From an uncultured Armatimonadetes bacterium (GTDB lineage: Bacteria; Armatimonadota; Hebobacteria; Hebobacterales; Hebobacteraceae), in contig OY969415.1 in assembly GCA_963699135.1 (NCBI GenBank), forward strand, positions 2,551,196-2,615,195: a DNA stretch of 64,000 nucleotides, written 5' to 3'. The notes under the pieces are model-generated. The model ran no database searches. It was not told where the DNA came from and saw only the letters and a program-made list of their open reading frames with translations. The position numbers were made by a program, and so were the translations under genes. This document shows, piece after piece, positions 19,835 to 29,852 of this stretch (position 1 is its first letter; every line of letters starts with the position of its first letter).

Positions 19835-20863
19835 TTACCGAAGCTCTGGCAGAGCACATAGGCCCTGGATTCCTCCGGTGATGATGTTGTTGCGGTCGGC
19901 GTGGGCCTGGCGCTCCTCGGGGGTCACCTGCCGTCCTGGCGCGTCTGGCAGGCCCGAAAGGATCGCTTCCGAGCTGAACCACTGCGCGTGCCCATCGGCG
20001 AACCCAATGTTCACACCACCGAGGTGACGAGCGCCGGCGTTCACCTTCCGGTACTGGAGGTCGGTGACGAACCGCTGGTCACCCGCGCCGCAGCTCTGCG
20101 TCCACGAGCAGTTCGTCCAGTCCGCGCTCGGGCCGCTGCAGCCCGGCCCGGCGCAGCCCAGCTTGCAGAGGTCAGGGTAGGCGATGTCGAAGCCGGCCCA
20201 GGCGTAGTCGGAGGTGCTGCCATCCGACACCACCATGAACTTGGCGGGGTCATCCATCTGGCCCGTCTTCGTCTCCCGGGCCCCAGTGGTCATCAACGAC
20301 TGGTCGAAGCCCGAGCCTTCCCCGGCCCGGTTGTTGGCTTCCCGCTGCTGCAGCAGCGAGTCCGTGACATCACCGCCCCATCCCGGCGGGAAGCTGTGTC
20401 CGCAGGGCCCGAGGCCGTACTGACCCCAGCTCGAACCATCCTGCATCAGCGCCCACCAGTCTCCGCCGCGTGGGTTGAGCACGCCGAAGTTGATGGTCAT
20501 CTTGGCGCTCGGGCAGCGCCAGATGTCGCGGTTCTTGATGTACTCCTCCAGGACGACGGGCACCCTCAGATAGGGGTTGGCCCGTGCCAGGTTCTGCTTG
20601 GCGCAGTCCGTGCTCGCGTCCGGCTTGACTTCGTAGAACCCCGATACCACTTCCGCGCGGTGCTCGTAGGGCCACAGCCGGTCGTAGTCCGATAGGTACA
20701 TCTGAACTGCCATGGCGATGTTCTTGACGTTCGACAGGCACTGGATCTTCCGCGCCGATTCCCGGGCGCGGGAGAAGACTGGGAACAGCATGCCCGCTAG
20801 GATCGAGATGATGGATATCACCACCAGCAACTCGATCAGCGTGAACCCGGTTCGTCTCCTCAT
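19835..20863 (-). CDS. prepilin-type N-terminal cleavage/methylation domain protein with DUF1559-like (H-x9-DG) C-terminal region
   Basis: GFTLIELLVVISIISILAGMLFPVFSRARESARKIQCLSNVKNIAMAVQMYLSDYD at the N-terminus. HLGGVNIGFADGHAQWF near the C-terminus. Confidence 0.85.
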   Translation of the reverse strand: MRRRTGFTLIELLVVISIISILAGMLFPVFSRARESARKIQCLSNVKNIAMAVQMYLSDYDRLWPYEHRAEVVSGFYEVKPDASTDCAKQNLARANPYLRVPVVLEEYIKNRDIWRCPSAKMTINFGVLNPRGGDWWALMQDGSSWGQYGLGPCGHSFPPGWGGDVTDSLLQQREANNRAGEGSGFDQSLMTTGARETKTGQMDDPAKFMVVSDGSTSDYAWAGFDIAYPDLCKLGCAGPGCSGPSADWTNCSWTQSCGAGDQRFVTDLQYRKVNAGARHLGGVNIGFADGHAQWFSSEAILSGLPDAPGRQVTPEERQAHADRNNIITGGIQGLCALPELR

Positions 20864-21229
20864 GGGTAGCGAACCTCCTCTCGCCGGGATCCGCCACTGC
20901 GAACCCGGAGATGGCCCTGCAAACCGCGGGGGAAGGCCGGGCCAGGCCAGACCCTCACCCGAAGTGGGAAGGCGCGCCCGAGGGGCGCGCCCAGTGGAGA
21001 ACTGCAGTCATCACGGCTGACACAACAAAGCCGCTTTCCCATTGTCCGGCAGCATCCGTATGCTGTACCAAGAGGATACCAACTGGCGAGATCGCGGAAA
21101 CTCGGACCGGTCGCGCTGGCGGAACATGTCGTAGCCGAGCGGCAACCCAAGAGGGCTCAGGATAGGCGCCAAGAGCCGGCGTCTGCTTCCTCCCTGGGGT
21201 CCCTTGGCGTGGCGTCCGCACGTTCCGGA

Positions 21230-21258
21230 TTGACTTCAGCCCCCTTTTGTGGTAGGTT
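21230..21258 (+). promoter_or_regulatory. possible greA promoter (long leader)
   Basis: TTGACT (21230-21235), a 17-nt spacer, TAGGTT (21253-21258), about 190 nt upstream of greA. Confidence 0.3.
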
Positions 21259-21447
21259 CCTCTTGATCCATACGACCCTATGGGAAGGCACTGATCGCTT
21301 CTGGCACTCAGGAGAAGGTCAGTGCTTGTGTTTCGCCTACTGCGCCTCTCTGCGCGAGGCGACGGCGGGAGGCGGATGGAGTGCACGGAGAGCAGGCGCC
21401 GAGCTTTCGGGCGCGAGTATGCGTAGGGCGCAGCTGGGGGTAGCGAG

Positions 21448-21921
21448 ATGGCGAAGCAGGAGACGGTCCTGACGGCGGAGGGTCTGAAGCGGCTGACGGT
21501 CGAGCTCGAGGAGCTTAAGTCGGTCGAGCGCAAGCGCGTGGCCGATCGCATCCGTGAGGCCAAGCAGTTCGGCGAGATCGGCGAGAACTCGGAGCTGGAG
21601 GCGGCGAAAGCCGAGCAGGCCCAGATCGAGGGCCGCATCGAGACGCTTCAGTACATTCTGCACAACGCCGTCATCGTCGAAGGTCCCCACAACGACGGTC
21701 GGGTCTCGGTCGGTGCGCGAGTGCGACTCCGCGACGTATCCACTGGCGAGGAAACCGACTACTACATCGTGGGCGCGCTGGAGGCGGACCCGGCCGAGCA
21801 CCGCATCTCGAACCAGTCTCCTCTGGGTGAAGCCTTGATCGAACACGCGGCAGGTGAGACGGTAGAGGTGCAGACTCCTGGCGGGCCGCGCTCCTACGTT
21901 ATCATCTCGATCGGCGGCTGA
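21448..21921 (+). CDS. greA: transcription elongation factor GreA
   Basis: 157 aa. N-terminal coiled coil LTAEGLKRLTVELEELKSVERKRVADRIREAKQFGEIGENSELEAAKAEQAQIEGRI and a C-terminal FKBP-like domain. Classic greA-lysS synteny. Confidence 0.9.
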   Translation: MAKQETVLTAEGLKRLTVELEELKSVERKRVADRIREAKQFGEIGENSELEAAKAEQAQIEGRIETLQYILHNAVIVEGPHNDGRVSVGARVRLRDVSTGEETDYYIVGALEADPAEHRISNQSPLGEALIEHAAGETVEVQTPGGPRSYVIISIGG

Positions 21922-22015
21922 GCTTCCCGCCGGACCATCTCTGCCCCCTGGCGAGAAGAGATAACTGCCTTCCGCGAGTCCTTCCGGGTTATTCTGCTGC
22001 ACGAGGCAATCCACA

Positions 22016-23500
22016 GTGACCGAAACGGGCGACGGGGGACGAGACGAGAACGAGCTGGTGCGCCAGCGCCGTGAGAAGCTTGCCCGCCTGCGAGCGGCCG
22101 GCCGCGATCCGTTTCTCAGTACCCGGTTCGACCGCACCCACTTAGCCGCCGAGATCCACGAGTCGTTCGCATCTCTCGAAGGCGCTGGGGCTAGTGTCGC
22201 CGGTCGCCTGGGCGCGCAGCGCCGACACGGGAAAGCCACCTTCGCCGATCTCACCGACGTTTCCGGCCGCATCCAGTTGCTGCTCAAGCTGGACAAGCTC
22301 GGGCCGGAGCAGTATGAAGCCCTCGCCGATCTCGACACTGGCGATCTGTTGGGGGCATCGGGGACGGTGCTCCGAACCCGCACCGGCGAGGTCACGGTCG
22401 AGGTTGCTTCCTACGCCCTGCTGGCAAAAGCCCTCCGCCCCCCGCCCGAGAAGTGGCACGGCCTGCGCGATGTCGAGGTCCGCTATCGCCAGCGCTACCT
22501 GGACCTGGTGGCGAATGAGGACAGTCGGCGGGTGTTCATGATCCGCACCAAGGTGGTCAGCGCCATCCGCCGGTTCCTCGACGAGCGTGGCTTCCTGGAG
22601 GTGGAGACGCCGCTGCTGCACTCCATCGCCGGAGGCGCGCTGGCTCGTCCCTTCACCACTCACCACAATGCGCTCGATCTCGATCTCCACCTCAGGATCG
22701 CCACCGAGCTCTACCTGAAGCGGCTGATCGTGGGCGGCCTGGAGAAGGTTTACGAGATCGGCCGCGTGCTGCGCAACGAGGGCATCTCCACCAGCCACAA
22801 CCCCGAGTACACCCTGCTCGAACTCTACCAGGCCTACGCCGACTACCGCGAGGTGATGGCGCTCACCGAGAGCATGGTCGCGCACGCCGCTCAGGAAGCG
22901 CTAGGTACGCTGAAGGTGACCTTCCAGGGCAAAGAGGCCGATCTGACGCCGCCCTGGCGGCGGATCGGTATGCTCGAATCGATCGCCGAGCAGGCCGGCG
23001 TCTCCCCCGAGGAGCTGCAGTCACAGGAACAGACGCGGGCGGCGTGTGCCCGCCTCGGGCTGCCGTCGGGAGAGGACCTTCACCTGAGCACAATGGTGAA
23101 CAACATCTTCGAGGAGTTCGTTCAGCCTACTCTGGTCGAACCCACCTTTGTGATCGACTACCCGACGCCGATTTCGCCGCTGGCCAAGGCCCGCGCCGAC
23201 AACCCCGATCTCGCCGAGCGCTTCGAAGTGTTCATCGCCGGAGTGGAACTCGGGAACGCCTTCTCGGAGCTGAACGACCCGGACGAGCAGCGCCGTCGTT
23301 TCGAGCAGCAGGCCCGCGCCCGCGCCGCTGGTGACGCCGAGGCCCATCCGATGGACGAGGACTTCCTGCGCGCGCTCGAGTATGGCATGCCCCCCACCGG
23401 GGGCCTCGGCATCGGCATCGACCGCCTGGTCATGGTCTTCACCGACGCTCCCTCTATCCGCGACGTGATCCTCTTCCCGCAGATGCGCCCTCAGGACTGA
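22016..23500 (+). CDS. lysS: lysine--tRNA ligase (class II)
   Basis: 494 aa. OB-fold N-domain (GRLGAQRRHGKATFADLTDVSGRIQLL), class II motifs (..FLEVETPLLH.., ..YEIGRVLRNEGIS.., ..GGLGIGIDRLVM..). Confidence 0.95.
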   Translation: MTETGDGGRDENELVRQRREKLARLRAAGRDPFLSTRFDRTHLAAEIHESFASLEGAGASVAGRLGAQRRHGKATFADLTDVSGRIQLLLKLDKLGPEQYEALADLDTGDLLGASGTVLRTRTGEVTVEVASYALLAKALRPPPEKWHGLRDVEVRYRQRYLDLVANEDSRRVFMIRTKVVSAIRRFLDERGFLEVETPLLHSIAGGALARPFTTHHNALDLDLHLRIATELYLKRLIVGGLEKVYEIGRVLRNEGISTSHNPEYTLLELYQAYADYREVMALTESMVAHAAQEALGTLKVTFQGKEADLTPPWRRIGMLESIAEQAGVSPEELQSQEQTRAACARLGLPSGEDLHLSTMVNNIFEEFVQPTLVEPTFVIDYPTPISPLAKARADNPDLAERFEVFIAGVELGNAFSELNDPDEQRRRFEQQARARAAGDAEAHPMDEDFLRALEYGMPPTGGLGIGIDRLVMVFTDAPSIRDVILFPQMRPQD

Positions 23501-23569
23501 GCGCGCGTTCCGGTGCGGCCGGGCTCAACGTGGGGCGCGGCTGACGCGGGGGCCTCCACCCATGCGAAA

Positions 23570-23591
23570 GGCGGGCGCAGACGCGCCCGCC
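23570..23591 (-). terminator. hairpin between convergent lysS and the Sm-like gene
   Basis: A 9-bp stem GGCGGGCGC / GCGCCCGCC with a 4-nt loop, followed on the minus strand by TTTCG. Confidence 0.45.
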
Positions 23592-23630
23592 AGAAGTCAC
23601 CTAGCTTGGTGTAGCGGATGCCCTGGTGGC

Positions 23631-23894
23631 CTACATCGCCTCAGACGCCTGGAGAATGTGCGCCACGTCGCGGTAGAGCACGTCGCGCAACTGACCTTCC
23701 GCGGCAACGGTCAGGTGGAAGTTGTCGTAGTAGCGGAGCCGGCCAACGAGAGTCGCGCCAGACTTCAGGTGGACAATCACCCGCAACTCCGGCGATGTCT
23801 GAGAGCGAGCGTGTAGCCGATCCCAGAGCTGTTCCTCCGCGTCTGACGAGTGGTCGTAGATGAGCGTCGGCGGAGCCGGCGGCTTGTTCATCAC
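23631..23894 (-). CDS. small Sm-fold / Hfq-like protein (putative)
   Basis: 87 aa. LRVIVHLKSGATLVGRLRYYDNFHLTVAAEGQLRDVLYRDVAHI parallels the Hfq Sm1/Sm2 pattern (V.I.L.nG..L.G.i..fD.F.v.l...q..vYKhAIs.I). Confidence 0.45.
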   Translation of the reverse strand: MMNKPPAPPTLIYDHSSDAEEQLWDRLHARSQTSPELRVIVHLKSGATLVGRLRYYDNFHLTVAAEGQLRDVLYRDVAHILQASEAM

Positions 23895-24061
23895 GCCCTA
23901 CCTTCCCCCCTGGCGAGCTCGCGGGACGAGCTCTCCTCGGGATTAAGTATGAATGAGGCTGAAGCTGCGGCCTGCTCGCGTAGGTACCGATCATGCCGCG
24001 GGTGGAAGGTATTGGCGGTTGTCGTGCCCCGGTTACGTTCTCGCCCTATGCTGTTGACCGG

Positions 24062-24090
24062 ATTATAGCACCCTCGGGCTGATCCGACAA
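24062..24090 (-). promoter_or_regulatory. sigma70-like promoter upstream of the Sm-like gene
   Basis: Minus strand: TTGTCG (24090-24085), a 17-nt spacer, a perfect TATAAT (24067-24062). This implies a leader of about 160 nt. Confidence 0.4.
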
Positions 24091-24105
24091 GGGTGCAGCG
24101 AACCC

Positions 24106-25452
24106 CTATTCGAGGGTTTCCAGCATCCTGACCGCGGCTGCGACCATCTCACCCCCGGCCCCAGGAGCGAGCCGTAGGGTTCCGTACCACCGGAAAGAGT
24201 CGTCGCCTTCATATCCGCCCTCGGCGACCGCCTCGGCGGTGGGCACGTACCCCGTGCAGCCGTTCGCGTACCCCAACACCACGGTGTGCGGGAACGGCGA
24301 GGCCGCCTCGATCTCCTGCGCCAGCTCGAAGAACACCTCCCCGGATAGCCCCACCAGGACCACCTCGCCTAGCGCCAGCGCTTGCACCGCGAACGGCAGC
24401 TTCATTCCCTTCTCGCCCCGTTCGGAGAGGCCGAGGATCCACTGGGAGTGCTTCACCTGCCCCTCCAGCGCCCGGGCCCAGTAGGCGCCGGCGCCGCTGG
24501 CGCGTGCCCGCGCCGACTCCTGGCGGCGTTTCTCGAGGTCGGCCCGCGCGGCCTCAATGGTGGGTGGGTCCTGCAGCGGAAGCCCGATCATCTCCGACCG
24601 CGCCCTGAGGCCGGTCAGAGACACGGGCCTGCTGTTCGCTCGTGCGCCCGCAATTGCATCGGCCATGACGCCGCCCAGCCGCGCCACTTCCGCGAAAGAG
24701 GTCCCGACGTGGTCGGGGTTGATCTCCCCGCAACAGCCCTGCAGGAACATAGCTACCGCGTCTCCCCCGAGCCCGTCCTTGAGCCGGCGGCACGCCTCTC
24801 CCATCCACTCCGACGATACGGAGCGATTGGCGCCGCCCAGCGTGGTGCCATGCGCGGCGTGGCTGAACAGCAGCGCGATCGGCTCCCCTGTCGGGCGGGT
24901 GATGCTCAACACGCGCACTCGGTCGTCGTGGACCCCCTCCAGGTTGCGGCCTATCGTGATGGCGCCATCAGCCGTCCGCTCGCGACGGTTGATGCCGACG
25001 GAGACCGGCGCTTCGCCGTACCCGGCCTCTGCCGGCTCCAGCCGCGCGCAAGCTCGGCCGACTGTCTCTGCCGTCCACGCGGGAAGCTTCTCGACGTAAC
25101 TGGGATCGGGGAGTCCTAGGCCTGTCAGGTTCACCACTGCCGGGCCCGCGTGGGTGTGGCTGCAGTTGATCAGGATGCCCTTGGGGTGGATGCGCGCGCG
25201 GCTTGTTACCGCGGCCCGGATCGCCGCGTCCAACTCGAAGTCGATGCCGAGTAAGTCGAGGGAGATGAGCGCGACTCGCGTCACGCCATCGTCGAGCACG
25301 ACCGCGCGGCACCACAGGTCATCATGGACGTCGGTCGACGGGCCCTCTCGGGCGGCATACCCGCTCAGGTCCGCACCCGAGGCAGGCGTGATCGTGGTTT
25401 CGGCCGCGCCTGCCTGGAGCGCCCTTGCGGCAGTCTCATCGCGGGAACTCAC
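24106..25452 (-). CDS. neutral/alkaline ceramidase-like N-terminal domain family protein
   Basis: LQAGAAETTITPASGADLSGYAAREGPSTDVHDDLWCRAVVLDDGVTRVALISLDLLG is the typical N-terminus of this hydrolase family. 448 aa. Confidence 0.7.
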   Translation of the reverse strand: MSSRDETAARALQAGAAETTITPASGADLSGYAAREGPSTDVHDDLWCRAVVLDDGVTRVALISLDLLGIDFELDAAIRAAVTSRARIHPKGILINCSHTHAGPAVVNLTGLGLPDPSYVEKLPAWTAETVGRACARLEPAEAGYGEAPVSVGINRRERTADGAITIGRNLEGVHDDRVRVLSITRPTGEPIALLFSHAAHGTTLGGANRSVSSEWMGEACRRLKDGLGGDAVAMFLQGCCGEINPDHVGTSFAEVARLGGVMADAIAGARANSRPVSLTGLRARSEMIGLPLQDPPTIEAARADLEKRRQESARARASGAGAYWARALEGQVKHSQWILGLSERGEKGMKLPFAVQALALGEVVLVGLSGEVFFELAQEIEAASPFPHTVVLGYANGCTGYVPTAEAVAEGGYEGDDSFRWYGTLRLAPGAGGEMVAAAVRMLETLE

Positions 25453-25492
25453 TGCTTACCTCCACGCATTCGGCGACCGCGCAACTCCCGTC

Positions 25493-25897
25493 TCAGTCCG
25501 CTAGCATCGCTTCGAGCTTCGCTCTCATCTCGTCGACGGAAAACGGCTTCCTGACATAGGCCTGAGCGCCGGCCGCCAGGGCCGCCTGGGTGATGGCATC
25601 GCTGGCCTGCCCGCTCACGATCACGACCTTGGTGCGCGAGTCGCGGCAAAGCTCCCTACAGACAGTCACCCCTGAGGCCTCGGACCCCGGTAGCACTATG
25701 TCGATCAGCGCCAGATCCGGCCTGTTCCTGCGCGCAAACTGGATCGCGGCATCTCCGTCGGTCACTTCATAGATCACACAGGGAACGGTCAACCCCTCCA
25801 CTACAGTGCGGAGCAGAAGTCGCGTGGTGTCATCGTCATCGAGGATCAACACGCGCTTCTCCTCGGTGCTCGATCTCCCCCCAGCGTCGCCTGTCAT
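25493..25897 (-). CDS. single-domain response regulator (CheY-like receiver)
   Basis: VLILDDDD, phospho-acceptor context LALIDIVLPG, conserved K in YVRKPF. 134 aa with a strong GGAGGA RBS. Confidence 0.85.
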   Translation of the reverse strand: MTGDAGGRSSTEEKRVLILDDDDTTRLLLRTVVEGLTVPCVIYEVTDGDAAIQFARRNRPDLALIDIVLPGSEASGVTVCRELCRDSRTKVVIVSGQASDAITQAALAAGAQAYVRKPFSVDEMRAKLEAMLAD

Positions 25898-25921
25898 TAC
25901 TTCCTCCTACGAAGGTGAAAT

Positions 25922-25945
25922 GAGGGACGTCGCGCGGCGTCCCTC
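25922..25945 (-). terminator. hairpin downstream of 26004..26480
   Basis: An 8-bp stem GAGGGACG / CGTCCCTC. Confidence 0.35.
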
Positions 25946-26003
25946 CACTTATTGGAGATACCACCCCTGGTCGCCGCTCGCGATGCCGGCGGGAGCGATC
26001 CCT

Positions 26004-26480
26004 TCACGGGCCCCTATCCTCGACTCGATGGTAGAACTCGGACAGAGCCCTGATCTGTTGGTAGGCCTGCTGCTTGCCACCCAGCGCCCGGAAGCGCGCG
26101 CTCAGAGCGTCCACCTCGGGCTCGTCGGGCAGGTAGTGGTACATGAACGCGAGCAGATGGGCGGCCGCCTGCAACACCAGGGCCTTGGTGGCGCCCTCCC
26201 CTTCGGCGGTGTCCAGCAGTCGCGTGACGGCTGGCCCGGCCTGCTCTCGCAGCGTCTTCAGGCGACTCTGCTCGATCTGCTGCAGCCCGACCCGGTACTC
26301 GTCAGCCACTCGATCGGGCCGGAGCCAAGCGGCGTCCTTCAGCTTCTGCTCGGCGATGTCCAGGGAGACGAGCTTCTCCAGTGGGTTCGCCGTCCGCGCC
26401 GCCCGCCGCAACTCGGACACCGCGATCTGCATCGTCTTCTTGTAGATGCGCTCCTCAGCCCAGCGGCGGAAGAAACTCAT
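26004..26480 (-). CDS. hypothetical helical protein (158 aa)
   Basis: The ATG at 26480 overlaps the stop of the upstream gene (ATGA). MSFFRRWAEERIYKKTMQIAVSELRRAARTANPLEKLVSLDIAEQKLKDAAW... I recognise no motif. Confidence 0.5.
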   Translation of the reverse strand: MSFFRRWAEERIYKKTMQIAVSELRRAARTANPLEKLVSLDIAEQKLKDAAWLRPDRVADEYRVGLQQIEQSRLKTLREQAGPAVTRLLDTAEGEGATKALVLQAAAHLLAFMYHYLPDEPEVDALSARFRALGGKQQAYQQIRALSEFYHRVEDRGP

Positions 26481-27517
26481 TCCTCCCCTTCGGAATCCGT
26501 CTCGTCCTCGGGCTGCCCCAGGCAGAGGCACTTGATACCGCGCAGCCTGCCCTTCTTCGTATCCTTCGAGGTCGGAGAGTCAGTGAGGATGTCCTCCGCC
26601 GACATCCAGCTTGCGTGGCCGTCCAGATATCCGATGTTGGTGCCGCCAAGGTGGCGGGCGAAGCTCCTCCGAAAGGTCGCGTCCGCCCAGAACTGCTTCT
26701 TCGCCTTCTCCGAGAGCCCACAGGTCTTGGTCTGGGGGCAGTTCACCCAGTCCGCGCTGCAGCCCTCGGAGTCATCGCCCGAACCCTTCCCGGCTTTGCA
26801 CACATCTGGGAAGGCCAGCGCCGCGGGAGAGAGGATCGTCTCCATTTGGCTGTCGCCGCAGACGACGAACCAGGCCGGATCGGATACCTCGGCGCGAGCC
26901 AGTCCATAGGAGGCGGCATAGCCGATGCTCTGGCGGAACGCACCGGTGCCCTTCGGAGGATCGCCGGGGATGGCCATCTTCCCCTGCGCCGCCGAGTTGG
27001 TGATGCTGCCGCCCCAGCCGGAGGGCCAGGCGCCAGTGCAGAGGCCCGGCACTGATGGCTTCCCTGATTTGCCCTCGTCCTGTCTCATGCCGCGCCGCCA
27101 GTCGGGGCCCGGGACGATCCACCGCGCTCCCGCGCCAATCCGGGCCGTCGGGCAGTCCCAGGCGGAACGGGACTTGATATAGTCATCCAGCACCACCGGC
27201 CATCTCAGATATGGGTTCGCGGCCGTGACCTGCTCACAGCCAGCGGCCTCCTTATCCTCCTCCGGAGGGAGCTTGCCATAGTCGTTCAGGTACATCTGAA
27301 CGGCCCTGGCGATCTGCTTCACGTGGCCCAGGCACTGAGCGCGGTCGCCATCGGTGTCATACATGCCGATCGCTTCGGCAATCCCGCGCAGCATCACCCT
27401 GGCCTCGCCCGGGGCGGAACCGGCCCTGACCATCGTGCCGGCCGCCAGCGTCGCCAACGAGAGCGCGCCAAGCAGGACCAGCGGACCCCGGCTTCCCCAT
27501 CTCACGGCGCTGCGCAT
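26477..27517 (-). CDS. DUF1559-like (H-x9-DG) secreted protein lacking the prepilin leader; paralogue of 19835..20863
   Basis: Signal-like MRSAVRWGSRGPLVLLGALSLATLAAG, QCLGHVKQIARAVQMYLNDYG, HLGGTNIGYLDGHASWM, many Cys, and an acidic tail EDETDSEGEE. Confidence 0.7.
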   Translation of the reverse strand: MRSAVRWGSRGPLVLLGALSLATLAAGTMVRAGSAPGEARVMLRGIAEAIGMYDTDGDRAQCLGHVKQIARAVQMYLNDYGKLPPEEDKEAAGCEQVTAANPYLRWPVVLDDYIKSRSAWDCPTARIGAGARWIVPGPDWRRGMRQDEGKSGKPSVPGLCTGAWPSGWGGSITNSAAQGKMAIPGDPPKGTGAFRQSIGYAASYGLARAEVSDPAWFVVCGDSQMETILSPAALAFPDVCKAGKGSGDDSEGCSADWVNCPQTKTCGLSEKAKKQFWADATFRRSFARHLGGTNIGYLDGHASWMSAEDILTDSPTSKDTKKGRLRGIKCLCLGQPEDETDSEGEE

Positions 27518-27598
27518 CGCTATCCCCCGGTATGACCGTGATATCGACAGTGCGGCTTTCGACGTGTACCGGGCTGCGCCTGCCGACGGCCAACGCAC

Positions 27599-27625
27599 GA
27601 GGCGCGGCCGGTGCGGCCGCGCCTC
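27599..27625 (-). terminator. tuf terminator hairpin
   Basis: A perfect 12-bp stem GAGGCGCGGCCG / CGGCCGCGCCTC with a 3-nt loop, 43 nt downstream of the tuf stop. Confidence 0.5.
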
Positions 27626-27667
27626 GATATCCGGCACAAACAGAAGGGGTTCTCCCTCCCGTTCGAT

Positions 27668-28870
<1,203 letters not shown>

Positions 28871-28975
28871 GTTCTCTGACTCCCTGCATTGAGTCGCCGC
28901 GCTCGGCGGCGTTGGTCGGAACGACTGTTGCGACGGCTTGAATGCTCACTGTGAGTGAACTGCTGCGCAGCCCGT

Positions 28976-29003
28976 ATTCTACCTGTTTGCCCACCAGTGT
29001 CAA
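28976..29003 (-). promoter_or_regulatory. tuf promoter
   Basis: Minus strand: a perfect TTGACA (29003-28998), a 16-nt spacer, TAGAAT (28981-28976). Confidence 0.55.
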
Positions 29004-29061
29004 GCGAGGCGGTCAGTTGTGCGACCCAGATGCGAGGCCGCGCGGCCCGGCCCGAAAAGCT

Positions 29062-29087
29062 TCAGGGCGGCCCTTGCGGACCGCCCT
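29062..29087 (-). terminator. intrinsic terminator of 29121..29504
   Basis: An 8-bp stem CAGGGCGG / CCGCCCTG, followed on the minus strand by AAGCTTTTCGG. Confidence 0.45.
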
Positions 29088-29120
29088 GGAACACTCCCGC
29101 TAGCTGAGTAAGCAGGCGGG

Positions 29121-29504
29121 TTACTCAGGCGTCTCCCCGCTCGCCCCATCTGTCAGCAACCATCCAATTCGCTGCCGGATCCGGTTCGTCTTCAGATCGG
29201 CGGTGACGGAAGCGGCCAGGTGGAGGTACTTCCTGGCCTCCTCCTCGGCCTGACGCGCCAACTGTTGGGCCGCCCGCGCCCGTGGGCATTCCGGGCTGTG
29301 ACCGGTCGGGAGCGAAGCATCGGCCTGAGCCGCGTTCGCGCGCTCCCGTTCCGGCTGGTCGGCCGGCAAAGGCAGTCCTGACTGGCCCAGCATGGCGGCC
29401 TCCTCCGCGCTGATCTGATAGGACGCGGAATCGGCGGCCAACAAGGCCTCCAATCTCTCTCTGTCGTTTCGTTGCTTCTTCATGTGAGTATGCGTCCGTG
29501 CCAT
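29121..29504 (-). CDS. hypothetical protein (127 aa)
   Basis: The best-looking ORF among several overlapping ones. It has non-shadow-like composition (MKKQRNDRERLEALLAADSASYQISAEEAAMLG...) and a terminator downstream. Confidence 0.4.
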   Translation of the reverse strand: MARTHTHMKKQRNDRERLEALLAADSASYQISAEEAAMLGQSGLPLPADQPERERANAAQADASLPTGHSPECPRARAAQQLARQAEEEARKYLHLAASVTADLKTNRIRQRIGWLLTDGASGETPE

Positions 29505-29852
29505 TGCCCGACCCTCCCGGAGCCTGTCGCCTACTGATACGTTTGGCGGGATGATTTGGTTTCAGGGCTGCGCGCGGTGGAGCGGCAGATGCTCTGGGAG
29601 GAGTCACTCCATGAGACGAACGGGAGGGCGGAAATGTTCCCTCGTCGCCGCGGAAAACGCGGAAATCCTTCCTGCCACCCCGCGCTGACGGCTGGGGCTT
29701 TGTGACGAACTTCGGACCCGGCGCCCCAAGCGGGCTTGACCTCAGCCCACCTGCAGGCTAGGCTGGATCCGCCGCCCCCGGAACGGGCGGTGCCCCCTGT
29801 CTTCCCACCACTTCCCAGGGCCATGCGCCCGCGTGCCACCTGGAGGGAGCCC

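Noticed and set aside
20971-20992. GGCGCGCCC-GAGG-GGCGCGCCC hairpin in the 584-bp spacer between the prepilin-like gene and greA
   Set aside because: It is self-complementary only because GGCGCGCC is palindromic. It has no U-tract and sits upstream of both divergent genes. I cannot assign it a function, and the rest of the spacer shows no recognisable ncRNA motif (6S, SRP, RNase P, tmRNA).
28871-29120. Expected tRNA genes upstream of tuf
   Set aside because: I found no cloverleaf-compatible sequence and no GTTCGAATC-type T-loop. The region instead holds a TTGACA-16-TAGAAT promoter and a terminator for the upstream gene. I also recognised no tRNA or rRNA in any other spacer longer than 90 bp.
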